Origin: Bigelowiella natans CCMP2755
Taxonomy: Eukaryota; Protista; Cercozoa
DNA: 64,000 bases
NCBI GenBank assembly: GCA_000320545.1
Contig: ADNK01000778.1
Span: 67,578-131,577, forward strand
Direction of reading: 5' to 3'
The position numbers and the translations under genes were made by a program. How positions within the stretch are numbered: position 1 is the stretch's first letter; each line of letters starts with the position of its first letter. The notes beneath the pieces are model-generated. The model had not been told where the DNA came from. It worked only from the letters and a program-made list of their open reading frames with translations, and made no database searches. This document shows positions 10,960 through 24,843 of this stretch, in pieces.

Positions 10960-13206
10960 ATGGTGCAAAGCACTTCTTCGAAACCATATGTCTGTCGAGG
11001 GGCGGGGAGCTCTCGTTCTAGGAGGATATGGTTGATTTTGGTTTTGCTGACCGCATCGCATCTGGGGCTGTCATCCGCGGTTGTGACGCGGGCATTGCAC
11101 AACCGATTCTCGCGTCATTCCCCATTAGCAATTTCACATTCAAGATTACCGACGACACGAACGCCAGAATTAGGCGGGACACAGTTCTTATCGACCGTGG
11201 GGCGAAAAAGTAAGGAGAGAGTTGTTGGTGGCGACCACCTCACAGCAACAACCGCTGTAGTGGCGTCTCTGGCATCTGCGGCATCATGGCGTTCGAGGAT
11301 ATCAATGAGAGAACAATTAATAAATAGATTCCGCTCTTCAGCCCTTGCTTTCCCTCTGGATGCTGCTGCTTCGGGGAATGTTGCAGTAGGTTTGTTGGAA
11401 ATGGCCCAGAGTGCATGGAGCATAGTGATTGACGCTGCAGCTTTGGTAAAGGCCTCTGGCCTACAACTCACTGGTCTGCTCGTCCTTGCATGTTTCTTTT
11501 CACTCTCAGAAACTGCCATTACAACCTTATGGCCATGGAAAATCAAGGAGATGGCACTGAAAGAAAAAGGCTCCGGAGGAGCACTTCAATCCCTCCGCAG
11601 AAATATTACTCGATTTTTGACAACAATCCTGATCGGTGGTACCCTGGCAAACATAGCAATTGGCGCATTAATCACAGAGATATCAACAGAGGCGTTTGGA
11701 CCGTTTGGCACTAGCGTGGCGACGGCAATCTCAACCATCCTCATTGTGCTGTTCTGCGAGATCACTCCCAAAGCTATCGCCGTGCAACATCCTCAACAGA
11801 TTCTTCGTGCAGTCGTAAGACCTTTGAATCTCATCGCAATTGTGCTATATCCTCTGGGAAACCTTGCGACAATACTTTGCACGAACATCCTGAAGCTGTT
11901 TGGTGTTACAGGCCCGGTTGCGCCCACCGTAACTGAGTTAGAGCTCAGGATGGTGCTTGAGGGCGCTGAGGACTCGGGCCAGCTCAAAGCGGAGGATGCA
12001 GACATGGTAGAGAACGTTTTGGAACTTGGCGACACGACCGTGGAAAAGGTGATGACCCCCCTCGTCGACGTGGTAGCTGTAAATCAGAACGCCACGCTGA
12101 ACGAGATGGTTGAACAATGGAAGAAGCACCAATACTCCCGTTTCCCTGTTTACTCGCAAAGGGTTGATAATCTGGTGGGTGTGGTATTTACCAAAGACCT
12201 CCTCAATTTCGCAGAGAAGCCGATGAGTGTTCTCCAGAAGGCGAAGGTTAGACACATCATGGTGCAACCTCCATTTTTTGTTCCTGAGTCGATGATCGTA
12301 AGAAAGCTTCTGCAAGAGTTTCAGACGCGGAAGTTTCACATGGCAGTTGTAGTCAATGAGTACGGGGGTGTTGCGGGCGTGGTGACGCTAGAGGATGTGC
12401 TTGAGGAGATTGTTGGGGAGATCTTCGACGAAACTGACCACCCCCACCCCAGTGAATCAGCCAGCATTGTGATGTGGGGACCGGGAATATGGTATGCCAA
12501 GGGAGAGAGCAGTATAGATTCGGTAGAGGAAACATTGAAGGTCAAAATACCGCGAGGCTCTTCGGAGACGATCGCTGGCTTTGTCACCGCGAGGTTCGGT
12601 AGGATACCGATGGTTGGCGAGACCTTCGAGACGCACTTGCAGCCCCTGGACGACAACTTCGACGAGAAACACGATGAGTACGCAGCTGATAGCCGCGGCC
12701 GTCCGGATTTTGAGATCGTAAAACCATCGAACAAGTATATATTTAAAGTGGTTTCGACCAACGAACGACAGGTCATCGAAGTACGCATTACCTGCCCGGA
12801 TCAAGCATCGGAGAGGGCGAGTAGCAGCGGTGTTGTTGCGGCAGCAGCCAAGCCGATACTCCGTCTTTCGTCGCAGGAACATAAGGAGGAAGGAGCTACT
12901 ACTGATGCTGTTGCTGCTACTGAGAAAGAGTTTGGGGGGGGGGTGGAAAAAGAAGAAGGATGTTCCCAACAAGAGGAGACCGCTCAAACTGCTACCACTA
13001 CTAAAACTACTACTACTACCACCACCACCACTACTACACCTATTAGTACTGCTACTACTGCAGGAGCAGACCTGGAAGCACCACGTGAGTCTCCTGTTGA
13101 CGAAAATGAACCATCACGTAATAATTCGCCAGATCCCCAAATCGAATCGGCCGCTGCTAGTGTGATCTCATCGCAAGTAACCAACAAATCGGGGCCATCC
13201 AGGTGA
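10960..13206 (+). CDS. CNNM/CorC (DUF21 + 2xCBS + CorC/HlyC) Mg2+ transporter with bipartite plastid-like leader, intronless
   Basis: Single ORF, first ATG at 10960. Motifs FFSLSETAITTLWPWK, LFCEITPKAIA, VMTPLVDV, YSRFPVY, VVNEYGGVAGVVTLEDVLEEIVGEIFDETD and ETIAGFV..FGRIP. The N-terminus has a hydrophobic signal followed by an S/R-rich segment. From memory, TTLWPWK..TRFLTTILIG resembles plant chloroplast CBSDUFCH/MGR8-9 proteins. Confidence 0.93.
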   Translation: MVQSTSSKPYVCRGAGSSRSRRIWLILVLLTASHLGLSSAVVTRALHNRFSRHSPLAISHSRLPTTRTPELGGTQFLSTVGRKSKERVVGGDHLTATTAVVASLASAASWRSRISMREQLINRFRSSALAFPLDAAASGNVAVGLLEMAQSAWSIVIDAAALVKASGLQLTGLLVLACFFSLSETAITTLWPWKIKEMALKEKGSGGALQSLRRNITRFLTTILIGGTLANIAIGALITEISTEAFGPFGTSVATAISTILIVLFCEITPKAIAVQHPQQILRAVVRPLNLIAIVLYPLGNLATILCTNILKLFGVTGPVAPTVTELELRMVLEGAEDSGQLKAEDADMVENVLELGDTTVEKVMTPLVDVVAVNQNATLNEMVEQWKKHQYSRFPVYSQRVDNLVGVVFTKDLLNFAEKPMSVLQKAKVRHIMVQPPFFVPESMIVRKLLQEFQTRKFHMAVVVNEYGGVAGVVTLEDVLEEIVGEIFDETDHPHPSESASIVMWGPGIWYAKGESSIDSVEETLKVKIPRGSSETIAGFVTARFGRIPMVGETFETHLQPLDDNFDEKHDEYAADSRGRPDFEIVKPSNKYIFKVVSTNERQVIEVRITCPDQASERASSSGVVAAAAKPILRLSSQEHKEEGATTDAVAATEKEFGGGVEKEEGCSQQEETAQTATTTKTTTTTTTTTTTPISTATTAGADLEAPRESPVDENEPSRNNSPDPQIESAAASVISSQVTNKSGPSR

Positions 13207-13389
13207 TCGATTCAACGATGCAAAAGGCATTATCAGCAAGTTTAGAAATTCTCCATCTTTGCCCTGCACACTCTTTGCCGGATTTGATAGCCCGAGATTT
13301 GCCGTGCACGGCTCGTGGCAAGTTGCCATAGACTCCATCTTCTACTTATTAGTTATAGTCAATAATGAATTATCAAGTTATTATCTCTA

Positions 13390-13945
13390 TGTAACATAGA
13401 GCATCACGCTATTTGCACACGTACCTATCCTTCTACACGCGCAAATGCGATGCATAAATAAAGCTTGCATGTAGACTGAATGCACAGCATTCGCATTGTC
13501 AAATGAACAACGCATGCTCGTGCATCGGGTCGATCCATGTCTCCATGTCTAGACTCGCTGCACTTGCAGCATACGTTCCTTCGTACATATAATACACACC
13601 TGGTACTTTGCACACGCAACTGCATGCTGTGACATTGGTCATGTGCTGATTGAATATGCATGTGACGCCTGCATGTAATCTTAGACACCTTTGTAATATG
13701 AATAGATGCCATTCTGCATGGTGCTGGCCAACACCCATAACCCATAAACCTTTGGCATGTGCTCGCGGCAGGAGGACACACAAAAAAATGCGATTCGCAA
13801 ACTTGCCCACTGCGGACCTGTTGCTGAACTCAATTGCTGAAATGACTTGCTAGCTTGGCAAAAATCATTGCTAGAGCACATGTCACTGTCAAATTACATG
13901 GCAAAAAATCATTGCCTGAGCATTGCCAACATGCGTGTACATACA
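13390..13945. other. RY-alternating spacer between the convergent CNNM and phosphatase 3' ends
   Basis: Rich in tgcatg/gcacacgc/tgtgc; internal direct repeat ggcaaaaa(a)tcattgc at about 13857 and 13900. Confidence 0.65.
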
Positions 13946-14011
13946 ATTTTATATATTATTTATACTTAATAATTTTTATGTATATTATTTGCGGCTTATT
14001 GCAGCACTTTA

Positions 14012-15248
14012 TTATAAGGTATCTTTAAGTTCGTCATCCACATTATCATCATCAGCAGCTGCACCACCATCGTGAGTGTCGTCGTCGTTGCCATTTACGA
14101 TTTCTGATCCTGGCACAGCGGCTGTTTGCATAGCAAGCAACGCGGCGTAATCATCAAGCAAGTCGTCATTGGGGGCTCCTGATCGAGTACACTCCTGCTG
14201 CCATTCATCCTGGGTGAGAATATAATATGACATATAGTCTCGGAATTCCTGCAGTTTGGGGGAGCAGAGAGGGAGGAAGGGGGAGAAGAGGATGGTGAAC
14301 GTAGATCTATAAATATGCGTGTGATATATACAACACCTGTTAGTGTACTCATCGTTCAAAATTTTGAGAATCATAACTATGTAATATGGAGGGAAGCAGT
14401 CTACAGCTTGTTTGACTATAAGTTTCACACACATCGAGAGTGTTCCAGAAGCCGTCCATGAGCAGCTGTTCCGAATTGTTGTACAACACGCGAACGTAGT
14501 ACTCGCTCGTCTTTACATCCTGAGGAGGAGGAGGAGGAGGAGGAGGAGGAGGAGGGGTGTTGACAATACCGCACGATGATGAATGAACAATCACATTGAA
14601 ATCTGATGATAGGGGAGCGAGTAGCGATGATATGACATCATGTTCGTCTATTTTATTAACTAAATAATCGTACAACAACAATATTTGTTATAGCGAGACC
14701 TGCGCAAGCTCGATGACGATATTGCTTGCGTATGGAGGCCAGGAGCCATCGTATATTCCAAGGGCGGATAGAATTGGCACAAGGGTGCTGTCGTGTCCCG
14801 CATAGCTAATGGATTTGTTTAGTGGACAATGAGTTAGGATAGAGCAACACTCCCCTCTATCTCTCTCTCTATCTCCATTTCTTCTTATAAGTATATATAT
14901 TTTCCCAAGAATAGGTGTGGAACGTACACAGAGAGTCTAGAGAATCCCTCCTCTTCTTCTTCGCCATCGCCACAATCATCAACTAGAGCGTACATGTCAT
15001 CAAACACCTCGGAGAAGATCCCTGTGAGTAAAAGGAAGATAAATGAGCAAAAGTGCCAGCGACGTAACCACCATTCGAGCATCTATCTTTTTAATAATCA
15101 ACAGAGGTCAGTTCTGAAATCTATCCGCGCGCTTATGATGGTGTATGTAGGTTGTTTGTTTTGTTTAAAGTTGTTTGTTGCAGTGATATTGTGATGTCGT
15201 ACGCCCAGTGGCAAGGCGTCCGCAATCCATATCTCCATACTGAGTACC

Positions 15249-15285
<37 letters not shown>

Positions 15286-15334
15286 TAGGATTCGTTGTAG
15301 TGGCAGTTATATACGTGTATAAATACAATATATA

Positions 15335-15379
<45 letters not shown>

Positions 15380-16530
15380 CTAGTTGTCCCGTCGTCTGAT
15401 TGTGCGATCGAAGAAGGAGGAGGAGTTAACGCACCCCATAGGAAGCCGTTGATGGCTCCGAGTCGGTCAATTGTATCCGATGTAATACCCTCAGGAAGCT
15501 GCAGATTGTCGCCTTGCAGCAAATAGCACGTTAGCACTTCCCGTGCCTTCGTTAATTTGAAAAGCGAACAGAAGGATTATTACGCTTTCTTCATTCATCA
15601 TCAGAGGGGAGTTAGAATGCTTCCTGGCGTTGACTTCGACAAGGCATGATGATATAGGATGTTTTGTATCTTCCGAGCAATACGACAAGATCCGAGGAGG
15701 AGAAATATGCGAAGATGTGATCGTACACACACACACACACATACACACATACACACATTCACAACACACACACACACACAGGCAACCCTAACTACAGTAT
15801 CAATACTACGCTATCAACGATATTTCAATGATGTTCGGAAAGCACCACTACCACCACCACCACCACCTGCGCCCACTTCGCATTGCCCTTCGGATAGCCA
15901 AGGCCTCTCATGATCTAATCCGCAACAATAAGAACAACAATAACGTGCTGAATGAAACGGCTGCTGCAGCCACAACATCTATCTATCTCCCAACTTGTAA
16001 TCGCGAAACGCATGGAAGAGGAGAGAGAGAGAGAGAGGGAGGGGAAGATCTGGTGAGATCGGGAACGTATTTAAATGATATGAGAAAGACAAATAAAACA
16101 TAGAGAAAACTGGGATTGAATCTCCTATTCTCTTACCTCTCTTTCCGCTTTAATAATTCTCGTGCTTTGTCGAGCTTCCGCAGCCAGTTCTCTCGCTGCA
16201 GAGATGAAGCAAGAACAACGTCATTGGTACCATGAAACAACCTTTCGAGGTGGTTACAATGCATGTAGAAGAGAGAAGAGGTAGCTTCTGATTGCGAATG
16301 CGGTGATAATCATGATGATGATGATGATGATGATAAAAATCTCCAGGACTCTTTCCGCTTTTCCTCCTAATCTAGCCGCACACTACTACTGCTACTACTA
16401 CTACTACTACTGCTGTTCCTGCTACTTAATCGGGTGAGAGCTGGGCAGCCGTGGCCGGAGTCGGGTACGAGTGTCTCCTCGCGAATATCACAAGTTGAGA
16501 TTGGAATCTTCGTGGCTCTGGTGCGTTTGG

Positions 16531-16569
<39 letters not shown>

Positions 16570-16916
16570 CTTCAGGAGGGTAAAGACCGAGCAAGAAATT
16601 CTGCGCTGTTTGTTGTGTCCTGCGAAGATTTGTCGTTCGTGCCTTCAGCTGGCCTGGCACTGGCGTGTATCTAGAGGGAAGAGTATGCGAGAAAGAGAAG
16701 GGGAGGGGGGGGGGGAGGGGTGTAGAAATGTGTTGCTGTTGTTGTTGTTGATGATGATGATGACGATGATGATACGTTGGTCATGATCATCATCCGAGTA
16801 GTCGTCTCTCTCTCCCCCCTTCTTCCTCCCTCCTTTTCGGGTTCTTCTTACCCTAGCAGCTTCTGATTCTCGATGTACCGACGACGAAAATCTTCGCCGA
16901 CCTGAAAGCAGCCGTC

Positions 16917-16957
<41 letters not shown>

Positions 16958-17033
16958 CAACAACAACAGGAGAGAGAAAGTAGTGGTAGAAGAAGAAACA
17001 GCGTGACTCTCATCCTCAAATAAATATTATATG

Positions 17034-17067
<34 letters not shown>

Positions 17068-17397
17068 TTGTGTATTCTTTTCGCTATTCATAGATACTGC
17101 TGGTATGAATGAATTGGTGAAAGTTATGATGATGTTGTGGTTGTGATCACCCTTCGGCATTCCATGGCTCCTTGTTGCGTGAGCTGGCCAAAGGGCGCCT
17201 TTCCAAGGTCCAACGGTCGTTTCGAGACCTCCTGTGGTACTACTGGGTGAAGCTCATCCCACATACTTGCTTCCTGTGGAGGGAGGGAAAAGCGAATGAC
17301 AAATATATGTATTTATATATTTATTATTTATTTGTATATCTTTGCGTCAGTAGGGACGGCGGGGGTAGAAGCAAAAGGAATGATGATGATGTGCTTT

Positions 17398-17434
<37 letters not shown>

Positions 17435-17484
17435 ACATATCTATTAGTAAATGTTGATGGTTTTTACATATATTGGATACATCG

Positions 17485-17515
<31 letters not shown>

Positions 17516-18868
17516 AATCATAATCATCGATAGCAACAAATAATATTATCAACTACTCATACAAGAGTACTTACTTCCAAATTCGGCAGCAATGAAGCCC
17601 AGTAGTCAAGATCCTCGGATGCGTTCAAAGCAGTGCCTACGGTACGTGATATAAAGTCGCCGTCAGTATCATCGTATATCAATATCTTTATTCTCATCTT
17701 CAAATTCATCTTGGCCTTCGTCTCTACACCATGTTTTGATACTTGTCGCTTCATCTAAGCACCAACCAACTGCTAGTACCTACCTACGGTCTGTGATATA
17801 GGTGTGCGATCTCCATGCCTCAAGAATATCGACACGTGCTGGACCTATCCACGATGGGGTAATGATGATGATGATGATGATAATGATGATGATGATAACG
17901 TTGAAGTAAATCCCCCACACTCAGTACAAGTAGTTCCGCAGGCTACCACCTCGAAGTTCTCCGGGGGGGGAGAGTAAGGGCTGTACTCCGGACTGTACGA
18001 GTGCTTCCCACGGAGTCCGTCTCTCTCTTTTGCAATGCTACCTAGAATCAGTTCGACGTTTTCTCGTTATAATCAAATGAATGTGTTAACAGGGGGTGGG
18101 GGGGGTAGACTGGATTTGATTTGATGTTCCGGACTACCTTCCTCATTCCCCTCAAAAACTGTCTCCACCTGGGGGGCAGTGCAAAATAACAATAAAATAA
18201 ATTGAAAAGGGGAGGAAGCAAAGTGCTGTATGATACGATACTTACACCGTTCAGTAATCTAATCTAAATGCAGCTAATCTCAGTGTGTGTGTGTGTGTGT
18301 GTCGTCTACTCTCCAGCAACATTACCATCACTAACTCTATTACAATACTTCGCTCTAAATAGGCTACAACAAAACTTTACTTACCATTCCTTTTCTGTCT
18401 GGATTTTCAATCATACTAGCGAGCTCGTCCTCAAGGCCTCTGGGTGCGCGCAAGAGGGTTCTCTGTCCGATTTTCATCCGTGTGGCCGCCGATGCTACTG
18501 GTACCTCGATATTAGCTCTGCATCCCCTCCACACTCCACTATGCTGCGGGATTATGGAGTTGCGAATAATAGAACGACGCACGTTTGTAAGTTTTGTTGC
18601 AGTAGCGGTCGTCCATACCGCCACCAAGACCGCCGCGGCTATGAGAGTGAATGTAGAAACCTGAATATTTTGGTGATGTTACTATCCGTATAATCCTCCC
18701 TCTTCTCTCTGTGTTTTCGCATTTGCAAGTTTGAATCGTTGGAATGGATGACTCGCAACTACTGCACCACCCAAAAAATCGGCTGTTCTTCAAGCCCTAC
18801 TAAGTTCTAAATCAACACACGTATGCGAGCAGCGGTTTCTTCACGCGCCCGAGCATATCAGATGTCAT
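14012..18868 (-). CDS. Histidine acid phosphatase (branch 2, ACP6/lysosomal acid phosphatase-like), multi-exon, with signal + transit-like leader
   Basis: VQHVSIFLRHGDRTP (about 17800-17845), GQLTQQG, ARTTNLRRTQQTAQNFLLGLYP, GHDSTLVPILSALG..WPPYASNIVIELAQ and YYVRVLYN. The start ATG at 18868 is tentative. Confidence 0.88.
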
Positions 18869-19313
18869 CTAGGTCCCTCGAGTAAAAATTCCTTGACCCC
18901 CTCCTCCTTCTTCATGCACTCAAAACGATGTAAGACTCCTCCTCCCTACTCCAGGAAACGTGAGTAGTCCCCCTCTCTGCTGGCTCTGGCTGAATGCCAA
19001 AGATGCCCAACTTCCGCCATTTGCGCAAGTCAAAAATTTATCGATAAACTTTCCTGGAAAGATACTTTTAAGGCGATAAATTATGAACACAGGCGATTAA
19101 AATCCTGAGTCTTAGCACGAAGGCAGTCGTAGGATTAAAATACAAGGGATAGCCCGAGATAGTACCAGTATTCTGCCGAATGGAGCGCTGGGAGGAGGAG
19201 GGGAACAATACAACGAAATATATAACTACGTGGGAGAGGGGATAGAGGACCGCAGCGAAGATGACGGGAAGAGACGGATGAGAAGTCAAAGTTGATATTC
19301 TTCCTTGGTTTGA

Positions 19314-20779
19314 ATGGAGTGCAAGCAGAGAATCAACGACCTCAAAGTGCGTACGACTCGGCATCATCGGCACGGTGTGGTCGTCGTCGTGTCCATCGTC
19401 TTGACATCCATAATCTGCCAGCTCTTCACTAACGGATCGTTGCGAACCAGGAATTTGACAAGTAGTAACCCATCATATATAACACACTCTCCATGCAAAC
19501 ACGAGGGAACCCGCCTCCAGCTGATTTGCTGAGCGTGCGAAACCTAAACGACTTACTCGCGCCTGGAGAAACATGGCCCCACCTCAGATGTGACTGTTGA
19601 CTTAGGTTCGAGCGATCATTCCTCGAAACCAACGCGTGAGTCTTCATCATCATATAAGTATCCTGACTTCAACGGCGAATTCAAAGCACCTAAGCTTGAC
19701 AAGTCCATAACTCGGGGCCTTGGTGTGTTTGATCGAAGAAATCTTCACGCCGCAAAGGAAGTAATCATTTTTGTTGGATCTCCCGTCACATTGCCTGTGC
19801 TCTATTTCAAATTGTCACTTTAGCTTGTAGTATCAGGATAGATACACACACACACACACACACACACACTTACACACACGCACGCGCGCGCGTGCGGCAG
19901 ATCACACATATGCACACCCTGCACACCCATGCATATACGTGTTTACGTGGATTCGATCCCTTCGCATCAGAGCCAACATAGTGGGGACAGCGATATGCCT
20001 CCTGTGCCTGAGATGCAGAGTTTCATCAAGTGGATGCAGCACCAAAAGAAGCAGGTCATTGCAACAACTCAGTTTGTTTTTAGTGATCAAAGCAGCCAGT
20101 CTGTTGGTCACAACGACGGTGCAGTCTTCTCATACCATAGTCGTTGGTGTCGCCGTCGTCTATCTGCTCATTCGAATAGGCAAATTATAAGGATCCATTC
20201 AGGGGAAACTTGACCAAGGAGGTAACAGCTGCTTTTCGGAGATACGATCATCATCAAATTCCGATGTGAAGTTGAATTCGTAATCAAGATACAATCGAAA
20301 CACTGCTGTATATGCATGTGTGTGTGTGTGTGTGTGTCCGTCTTAGGAAGAGGAAAAATATCTCCAAGAGCTTGAAGCTCTGAGGAAGGTCAAGTACGAG
20401 TCGCCGCTCCAACTTGCGTACAAGCTTCAACGCGAAGAAGTCAGCTCTTTACAGCGAGAGAAGAAGAAGAAGAAGAAGAAGAAGAAGAAGAAGAAGAAGA
20501 AGAAGAAGAAGAAGAAGAAGAAGAAGAAGAAGAGAATACTGTTGTTGGAAAGGAAGGGGGACGATGATGCTAGGCAGCTGCTGATCAACATCTGATTATT
20601 CCATTTTGGTTTGCAGTCTGTCTATCTGTGCGCCCCTTGCTCATCCCCGCCCCCTTATTACTGTTAATAATGAAAATATTAACTTACTACTTATTATGCT
20701 GTGCATGATTATTAGCGGAGGAAGCTGGTTCCAGAAGGTTGGAATTACACGCACAACCCAGGTAGAGATTCGGGTAAAG

Positions 20780-20821
<42 letters not shown>

Positions 20822-21266
20822 AAGAGAGAGGGGCGCTCTTCTCTGTTCCAGCTGCTGCGACGAGAAACGACTACTACTACTACTACTACTACTACTATTA
20901 ATGATGATGATAATTATTACTTGTTCATTCTCTCACTCACTCGCTCACTCACTACCACCTACTAACTACGACAGGTCTTGAGTTTGGAGGCAACCCTATG
21001 AAGGATGAGCTCTACACACTTCGACCAACGGGCTTCGAGGCGTTTGTACCATCAGAATCTCTCCCATCATCTGACCAGGTATCTGCCTGGTTTTCTTTTT
21101 CCCGCTCTCCCCCCCCCCCCCCCCTCCGCGCTATGTTTCTTTCCTCCGTTATAATCCCCAAAATACATAATCGATAGAACGTTTTACAAAAATGAACATC
21201 ATCACAATATATGTGTAAGAACCACATGGCGCTGGCCTGAGCTGCAACTGATATATGAACATATGG

Positions 21267-21309
<43 letters not shown>

Positions 21310-21895
21310 TTTGTGTGTATGTTTGTGTACTATATGTATACCGAATATAGATATCAGAGGAGGTGGAGGAGTTTCTGCGAGAGCAGGCCAAGAAATTGCA
21401 CAATGAGGCGAAACTAGAAGCCAACAGAACCCAGGAGTATCAGCGTGAGCGAGTTACTGCCGAGATGGTTGTTTGAGTAGAAGTCCTGGAGGAAAAGAAT
21501 GAATTATCACCCTCAGAAAATATTACTATTTTAAAGAAATACTAACACAAAATGGCATCGCAAAAAAATGTGATTGTGTTTATGCTGCATGTTAAGTCTT
21601 TTTCTTCTTCGTTCTTCATCACCATCTCCTCCTCCTCCTCTGATTCTTACTCATAACTAGCTTTCTCCTCCTCCCTTCTGGTTGGTTATGGCATTGCTGT
21701 CGTTAATAATATCGTCGATTAGATGTACAAGGCTAACATCGATGACTTTCTCAATGCTACTGAATGGCGTGAGGTGACGCGACCAAGGTGGCGGCTGATT
21801 GATGATGATACTTCCTGTATATGTCGTCATCTCATCACAAATCCAGTAATCGTCGTATTCACAGTCTTTTCTCCTTCCTCTCCCTCTTTTTTTTT

Positions 21896-21933
<38 letters not shown>

Positions 21934-23489
21934 TCTTCTTTGTGTAGATATCATAGCAGAGCATTGGCGTGGCTCGGGGAGGAGCTGTATAACCGAACGT
22001 TCCACAAGCAGCAGGTGCTACTTCTGCTGCTACTGCTGCTGCTGCTGCTGCTGCTGTGGCGATTCAGTAGTTGCGAGCTGCTGTCTCTGGAAAACAGGGG
22101 GTGGTACAGGGCTCCTACTGATGCCGGCGGATGATGATGATGTTGATATTAATCATGATATGATGACGATGATGATGATGATGATGATGATAACGACGAA
22201 GATGGTTATGAGAGAGAAGGATGGAAGGCTTGTGGTGCAGTTGCTTTCATTGATCTTGAGGGGCTATTGTACCTGCTACTACTAATACTGCTACTATGTC
22301 ACCACAACACAACAGATCTTACGTCAACTGGAAGCACATCGAGCAAACAGGACTTTCCTAAGGAATAATACAAGTAAAAACACCAACGTCGGTGCTGCTA
22401 ATGATGGTATCATCCGTATGAGTGAAGGGGGTTATGAGACGCTCGTGCCGTTGGTGGACTTGAGCGAATATCGGTAGTATCTTCTCCTCCTCCTCCTCCT
22501 CCTTGCTGTTGTTCTTCTTGTTGTTGTTGTAACTGTTTCATTCACCGACAATCCATAACCCAAAGAAAACGACAGCTTTCGCTTGAAATCACCGTTGTTG
22601 TCGACGGAGGAAAAATAGACAATTATTCGACAAATTATTACACGACTGACTGCTCTCAGCGACGACACGTGCGACGAGTACAACACAGACCGCAGTCATT
22701 TTCAAACACTGTATTATTATACGGCAATAATGCAACGATTAGGGTTCGTGATTCTCCTCTCCCCAACGACGTGGTTCACCACCGTTTCTTCCTGCCTGAA
22801 TACACGTTCTACGAGCTACTGCTCTCATTTAACGTTTCAGAGGACACTGTCGCTGAGTTTGGGTCCTACATCAAGTACTCGGAAGGTATAGCCAATATTT
22901 GTTGTCACATCAACGACACCCACTTATGATGAACACGCACACACGCACACACATTCACATATTCACGTATTCAGAATTAACTCACTCTAGTGGGATATTT
23001 CTCGAACAAATAACAATGCTTTGTCGCCGAGCAATGTCCCTCTTCCTCCTCATCATCCTCTCTCTTCACCCTACTCCTCCTCCTCCTCCTCCTCCTCTTC
23101 CTGATGAATTCCAACGTGCTGCTGCTCAGAGAAGGACTTGATCGAAGACCTTCATTTGAACGGAGTCACCATAGAGCAATGCAGTGATATACAAAATCAC
23201 CTCCGCCAAGTGGCTGAGCAGTCGGTGGATTTTTTCCCTGGGGTCAAGCTTCCTAAGGTAGTGGGTGTTTCTTCATAAGAACAATAATAATAATATACAC
23301 ATGTGTGAACAATACGCGCGCGCGCGCACACACACACACACACACGCACATACTCATCATGAGATAGAGGATTTAGAAGAAATAGACAATGTTTAGTATA
23401 AACTGACGCTGGTAACCTGTTTGCGTTGTTCTCGTCAAACACTCATTCTCCCCCCCCCCCCCCCCTCCTTTTTTTTTTTTTTCATATGG

Positions 23490-23520
<31 letters not shown>

Positions 23521-24754
23521 ATATCAGAGAGCCCTATATAAAGATCCTGGCAAATGCTCGGAAAGCCAAGAGTGTCCCAACTTCGAGGGCAATGGTTGTT
23601 GATTGTGTGCATTATTATGTGTAGTAGTAGCTGTGGGATGATGATGATGATGATGATGATGTCGTGTGCCCTGTTTGTTGTCTTAGGAGAGTAGTACACT
23701 ATTCTACTACCTCCTCCTTCTCTCCCCCTCCCCCCCTCTTCCTGGTTTCTCTTTAGTTGTGCATGTGTAAATCAACGTACATCTGCATCATCACAAATCT
23801 GAGTAGTAGTGTCAACTCTATACTTAGTTGTCTGTCTCTTTCACTCTGCTGTCTTCTGTACTCTCTCTCACACACTTTCTTTCTCTCTCCCTTCTCTCTC
23901 TCACCGCTAAAAACACTGATGATCTACCTAGGATGGGTGGTGGTACTACCATCGTCACTACAACCCGAAAGGCACCCCTGTGAAAGTGGACTACGACAGG
24001 TTCATCATGCTGCAGTTTACGATCCGGTGAGAGTGAAGAGGAAACAATAGAGGAGGAAGACTATTCATGTGTTTGTTGCGCTGCTTACGTGTGCCGCTAC
24101 TCACATCTTTTAGCATAAGCAAGTCTTGTATCAACATGATACATTCTGCGCGTATCCCCCTCCCCCCCCCTGTTTCATGCTTAGCTATAGCCACACACAT
24201 AGTAACCGTATCGACTATATCATCGTATTATATCAGGTGGAGGGACTATGAATGGGAGAGGTTCGCAGAATGGGTACTATCATTTTATACTTTGTCGTCA
24301 ATGATGGTGTTGGATTTCTCTTTGATTTTGTTTGCAGTTGCAGTGATAGTGGTGGTATTAGTTGAGCTGCTGCCCTCCTTGTTCTCTTCATATTCATACA
24401 ACTGATGCCCTCCTCCCGTCTCTTCTTCCCTGATACTAAGGAAAAAGCTCGATTGGACGTCGATGCACCTATGTTTATCGAGCAGTTTAACTATTCTGAG
24501 GCTGACTCAAGTGAAGGAATTGTTTCTGCTTATTCGATAAAGGTATGGTAGTGATGGTGGTTGTGATAGTTCTTGCCGTTGTTATTTTCTCAGAGCGAGG
24601 AGGAGATTTTCTTGCTTCTGCTGTCTCGTAGTATCACTCAAATGCCTTCTCTTTTTGATTTATCATCCATGTTCTTCTCACATACATCATCTTCCACACC
24701 GTGTAGTAGGGACGACTACCTCCCTTATTTTCTTTTTCTAAAACAAGTAAATAA

Positions 24755-24790
<36 letters not shown>

Positions 24791-24803
24791 CATCTGTGCG
24801 TTT

Positions 24804-24843
<40 letters not shown>

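Noticed and set aside
11115-13187. Several antisense ORFs over the CNNM gene
   Set aside because: Shadow ORFs of a long coding region with no motifs.
19530-19547. In-frame TGA and TAA between two same-frame ORFs (readthrough or alternative genetic code)
   Set aside because: Both stops fall inside a frame-preserving GT-AG intron (19465-19587 or 19465-19605).
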